Origin: Chrysomallon squamiferum
Lineage: Eukaryota > Animalia > Mollusca
Assembly: GCA_012295275.1 (NCBI GenBank)
Contig: CM022675.1
Span: 868,001 to 932,000 of the forward strand
Reading direction: 5' to 3'
Length of the DNA: 64,000 bases
Part shown: piece by piece, positions 54,928 through 64,000 of the stretch
Layout: the number at the start of each line of letters is the position of its first letter
Position numbering within the stretch: position 1 is the first letter of the stretch
Notes under the pieces: model-generated
Databases searched by the model: none
What the model saw: only the letters and a program-made list of their open reading frames with translations
What the model was told of the DNA's origin: nothing
Translations under genes and position numbers: made by a program

Positions 54928-55426
54928 GTTTGTTGTTATTGTTATGTATATCTCAAAATGGATAAATAAATAAAAACGCCATGGAAACCCACATTCTCAT
55001 ATCCAGACATTTCACTCTCAGAATGTTATTTCATAATTTCTGTAATTATTTATGGAAGAATGTGGCGGGTAATTATTGCTGGTGGCGAGCACTGCATGGT
55101 ACGATAAAACAGCTACTACTCTAGTTTCTTTCATTACAGAGGATCTGTAGCCACATTTATAAACTGCTTAATAACTACTTTTAGTATTTAATACTTTAAT
55201 GTTTAACGTAGTCTGTGTTTATGAACGTGGTTGACTACATTTTGAATTGATCTTGTTTATCTTGAATCTGGTTTTAAAATGTATGTATATGAATTGATGG
55301 ATGTATATGTATGTGTATATGAATGTATGTATATATGTATGTATGAATGTATGTAATGTAATGTATGTATGTATGTAATGCATGTGTGTGTGTGTATGTG
55401 TGTATGTATGTATGTATGTATATATG

Positions 55427-55461
<35 letters not shown>

Positions 55462-55713
55462 GTAGATATACGTACAAAACAAAATTTTGCTATTTGAAAG
55501 ATTTCTCAAAACGAGAGTGAAAATTGGGTAATATATATATATATATATTTTATACTAATATTTTTTTTCAAGATTATATTATTGTATTATATTATTTAGA
55601 TAAAATTCCCACAAGAATATATAAGTAAAGTTACAAAAATATGTTAATAGCTGTTAATCAATCTGGCGCGAAATCACTCGAGCTATTTAGCTGTCTAATT
55701 GGGGTCAAATACA

Positions 55714-55725
55714 AGTGACGTCACT
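55714..55725. promoter_or_regulatory. Perfect palindromic CRE (AGTGACGTCACT)
   Basis: TGACGTCA at 55716-55723 within a 12-bp palindrome; target gene unknown. Confidence 0.35.
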
Positions 55726-56209
55726 AATTAGGTGGAATGTAGTAAGTACACTGATGATTAATAAGTATAGTTTAAAAATATGATAAAATGTCTTTTTAAC
55801 GAAGCCAGGAAATGACGTCCAGTTTCAATTTCTTTTTTGTTTTAATTAACAGAAACTGCTGGTATTAAACTAACTACTGAATGAAAAAGTGTTTCAGTAT
55901 TTAAAAAAAAACTTCTCCAGGTTTTAAGTGTAGAAATCAGACGTAGGTTTCAAGTATATTTGTGTATTTAATTATAGGTGAATGTGCTTTTGTTTTTGTG
56001 TATGTATGTATGTCTATGAATTAATTTATAAAATTTTTATCTGTTCTAAGATTGATTTTTACAAAAATGTATTCAATATTTTTCTTAAATTTATTTCTTT
56101 ATTTATTTATATTATCCGTTTGTTTGTTAGTTTATTTGGTTATTATTTATTTTTTATTTCTTTCTTTATTAATTATGTACGTAATAGTTTTATATCTAAT
56201 GAACTTAAG

Positions 56210-56370
56210 AATAGTGGTAGACTTATACTTAGAGAACCTATGCATAGTGGACTTAGACACAGTATAGTAAACCTAGTGGACCTTTACCTAGTGGATTATA
56301 TCTAGTAAACGTATACATAGTGGACGTATACCTAGTGACTTATACACAGTTGATTTATGTCTACTTGATG
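56210..56370. repeat. Degenerate ~15-bp tandem repeat (TAGTGGAC.TATAC.)
   Basis: Read directly. Confidence 0.7.
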
Positions 56371-57367
56371 TATATTTGTGTTATTACATAACCTTGCTCT
56401 GTTTACGTCATATATATCAATATATATATATTTTAATATTAATCCATTTTTATTGTACGTCATACATAAATGAAACTTCTCAGTCCATGTTCGATATAAG
56501 TCAAATATAAGTAGATTTGTATTAACAAGTGCTGAACCTACGTCATACGTAAACAGATTTCTGTTAATACATAATTATGGACTTCATACGTCATACAGAA
56601 AGAAATTTTTTGCTATTTTAAAAATACGTATTAATAATTGTTTTTGTTAATAGATGTTTCAGATTTGAATATATTTCTGTTAATCGGCAATTGTGATTGA
56701 TTTCTTACTTAAATGTATCTGCACTAATTCGCTCCGGAATTGTCCCAGAAAGAAAAATATATTTCTGTTAATTACTTATCGTGATATTCACCACATAAAC
56801 TATATTTCAATTAATTAAATATAAAAACTGTTATTGGGAAACTCTGATTAGGGTTTAGTGTCTTCATTCAATTAACCGCTATGCGAATTTTTATCGATAA
56901 ATAATAAAAAATTTGGTTTGATGATCGAGATCTGCATCACAGTTATCGGACTTGGTAATGTTGCTGCAGTAAATAATTACTGCAGTCTGATTGGTTATAA
57001 TGGACTCCAGCTTTTGTCTCTGTCAACACAAATAATTACGAGGAAAGCGGAGTGCTTAATAATTTCGTTATTTCTAAATGAGGAATTATCCTACATTTTA
57101 AAACATTTTACGAAATTATGACTTTATTGTTATTTATTTGCTGTCTCGTTTATTTTTGTTTCCTTCATTCTAAACTAGAGAACTGTGCCCATTTCTTTCA
57201 TTAAGTTACAAGTTGTAAGATATATAGATACTTAATGTAACCAAATATATAATTATAAGAAACAAATAAATAACAATAGAGTCATAATTTCATAAAATAT
57301 TTTAAAATGTAGGATAATTACTCACACAAAGAGACACTTATACATACTTTCATACATACACTCACTT

Positions 57368-57403
<36 letters not shown>

Positions 57404-57877
57404 ACATACACTCACTGACACAAAGACACTTTTACAGACACAATGTATATATACTCAACGAAATAAAGAGAGAGAGAAATAAAACAAACAGAGAAAAAGG
57501 GGTATATCAAGGTGTACATTCATATACTTTAATGTACGTGCGCGTGTATATGTGTATACATACAGAGTGTATTAAGGAGACAAGAAATGAACAAAGTATT
57601 CTAACATTTATTTGAGAGTTTTGGTAAATAAACGCTATTTACAACAAAAGAGCATTTTGAACAAAAATAAACAGAAACATATATTATTTGCATTACCCTT
57701 ACTTACACTTCATATACCACAGTGACGTTTTTGATATTAATTCCTGTACTTAAGTCCTGTGTGCATTTAAAACAAATTAAAATTAATGTTATTTATGGAA
57801 TTCAAACAAGAAAATGATGTAAAACCATTACAAGTTATTTCTTTAATTATTATTAAAAAAAAAAAAAAAAAATAAAA

Positions 57878-57916
<39 letters not shown>

Positions 57917-59054
57917 TAATAATAATAATAAAAAATTAAATTAAAATCTTTCGATGAATAATTTAACACTTCATTTATAGACAGACACCCGTATGGACGG
58001 ATATCAAATTATATTAATATTAATCAAAATAATTCTTAAGAATACTAATAAAAATTAAATTTTAATTCATGTCTGGAATAATTCATATAAAGAAAATTTT
58101 ATAGAAAAATTATTTTGATATGACTTCATTGTAAAATGGAAAGACAAAAGAAGTAAATAAGCAAAATTACATAAAATGAAAGAAGAAGGAATAAAAAAGG
58201 AAGAATAGCAATGGCATAAGAATGCAAATAAAAAAAAGAAAAATGAATTTTTTGTGGAAATGTTTTTTTTTCTTTAATTACATTCTTAACTTTAAATTGA
58301 ATTCATTAATTAATTAAAATATATACTTTACAAACAGTAATAAAAATAAGTGGCGAAATGTTAATATAAATATTAATTAGATCTATGACGTAATGTACAT
58401 CTGATTATGCAAATTAAACACAAATAACTGAAAGACATCGGGTTGAGCATGCAACGTCAGAAAAGTGGAGGGGGGGGGAAATAATAAAAATAAATAAATA
58501 AAATAAAATAAATAAATAAATAATTAACAGTAAAAATCAAACAACACCTTCTCCTAAAACCGCACGTTTTCAAAATAAATTTTATATCGTTGCACTAAAC
58601 ATTCAACCTTTAATAATAATATATGGTGGGTTTTTTCGAGACTAATATTCGTAAAAATTGGATTCGGGACTCATCGTAAATATTTCCGGAATGAAACGAA
58701 CATTCGTTAGAACCTTCGTGCTAACTAGCGCGGTTTCGTATATCTTCGGAACAACATCCGATGAAAACAGCCAACATGGCATTCCAGAGTTTGCATTGAA
58801 TATAGCGATCACATGTGTAAAACAGAGGAAATATTATATACATACAATAAAAAATACAGCTAACATAAAATAATATGATATTTATCGCTTGTCAAATATT
58901 CACAGATGAAACGGTCGTGTAAAAATGGACATTAATTACAGTATTGATGTCACTTCAAAGTGCAAAGAACATCAACCTGGTTTTTACCTAAGTATTTTTT
59001 TCTTCACAACTTACAGCTATATATAACTTACGTATTTACAAACATAATAACAAA

Positions 59055-59120
<66 letters not shown>

Positions 59121-59744
59121 TCTGTAGTTCTTAAAACACGTCTGGTTTGATCGGGAAAAAACGTGTAATAAACTGAATGAAGTGCTGTTACTTTTTTTTT
59201 TAACTGCCCTAGAATTAAACTGGAATTTCGTTTAGATAATTTTTAAAAAAATGATACAATTAACAAATTGTGTATATGTGTATGTGAATATTTGCATATG
59301 TATGTAAATATGAACGTAACTTCACACGTATGAATATATACTAATGTATGTCTGTGTGCGTATTTTATATGAGTCTGATTATATATAAATTCGGTTATGC
59401 ATGAACGAGTTTATATGGGTGTATCTACATGTGTCTGTCTGAGTTTGTGTGCGTGAGCAATTTAATATTTGTAATTAACACAAATAATTCGAGAAGATAT
59501 TGTGAAATTCGACTTAAGTACACTTTACAATGTTTCAGTCACCAAAGCTAATTTTTTTTTTTTTTTTTTAAATGGTATAATAAGGGAAAGGCATTTTAAA
59601 TATGTACAGACATCTACGTGAACGAGAGGAGATGGACACATGGTTGGATGGACGTTCTAAGATGATCACGTAATCAAAGGCAAACTTGTATAAACAAAAT
59701 TTAAAAAATCTCAAATCATTGAACAAATTATGATGATGATGATA

Positions 59745-59842
<98 letters not shown>

Positions 59843-60356
59843 AAATAAAAAATAAAATAATAAAACAATATATATATATATATATATATTAACATCGTCT
59901 TCATTATTTAACATTCATTAATGATGGAAAGAAGGGAAACAAAATTATTATTGTTATTATTATTTAAACAACGTCTAGTTTTATAGAACACAAAATTATT
60001 TGAAAATAAAAGTCAGTTTAAAAACAAAGACATATTTAATAAATATTTACAACAGTAACAAAGAAAATTACAACAAACGTGGCGCACAGTTCAAACATTT
60101 TAGCTTTTTAGTATTTTTATCCTTGAGTAAGATAATGAGTTTGTTTTTGTTTTTGTTTTTATTTGTTTTTGTTTACCCTTACCCAACACTTTTGGCGTTA
60201 ACCCAGATCTGGGTACGGGACTAAGAAAAATTGTTGTCAGTGAAGCAACTTCCATACTCAGTAATTGAAAAATAAAAAAATTAAGAAAAAGGGACTGAGC
60301 TTGTGTTTCGTGAAAAAGATAAGTATTGAAATGTTTTGTTACAGTAATTGTTTGTA

Positions 60357-64000
<3,644 letters not shown>

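Noticed and set aside
58640-58873. CpG-rich patch with short ORFs on both strands
   Set aside because: No recognisable protein or RNA motif and no convincing splice sites; likely UTR or TE remnant.

Overview
AT-rich, microsatellite-dense, intron-rich animal genomic DNA, not prokaryotic; an invertebrate, probably a mollusc (inferred from gene set and repeat style). Five spliced genes can be built by hand: (1) first coding exon of an extended-synaptotagmin gene (-, 1271-1564; continues off the left edge); (2) a complete 17-coding-exon CP2/LSF-family transcription factor (TFCP2/UBP1-like, +, 17063-31037, ~493 aa); (3) a complete 7-exon SLC35B1 (-, 40231-45091, 344 aa); (4) a 4-exon secreted protein with two somatomedin-B domains (+, 50005-52378, 203 aa); (5) the 3' part of a DUOXA-like gene (-, from >64000 to ~60357) with an unresolved C-terminal frame. 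Between ESYT and TFCP2, a ~3.4-3.5 kb segment carrying the probable TFCP2 promoter/leader exon is present twice. One copy has a hairpin-rich, TSD-flanked insertion that the other lacks. The most unusual pattern is that minisatellites sit on or next to splice junctions: 9 copies of a GC-donor exon end forming a potential in-frame microexon array, an AG-free array of branch-point-like motifs replacing a polypyrimidine tract, and decoy 3' splice sites in SLC35B1. A Tigger4/Zombi-like MITE lies in an ESYT intron. Most ORF-track entries are microsatellite artefacts. All calls were made by eye, without database searches.
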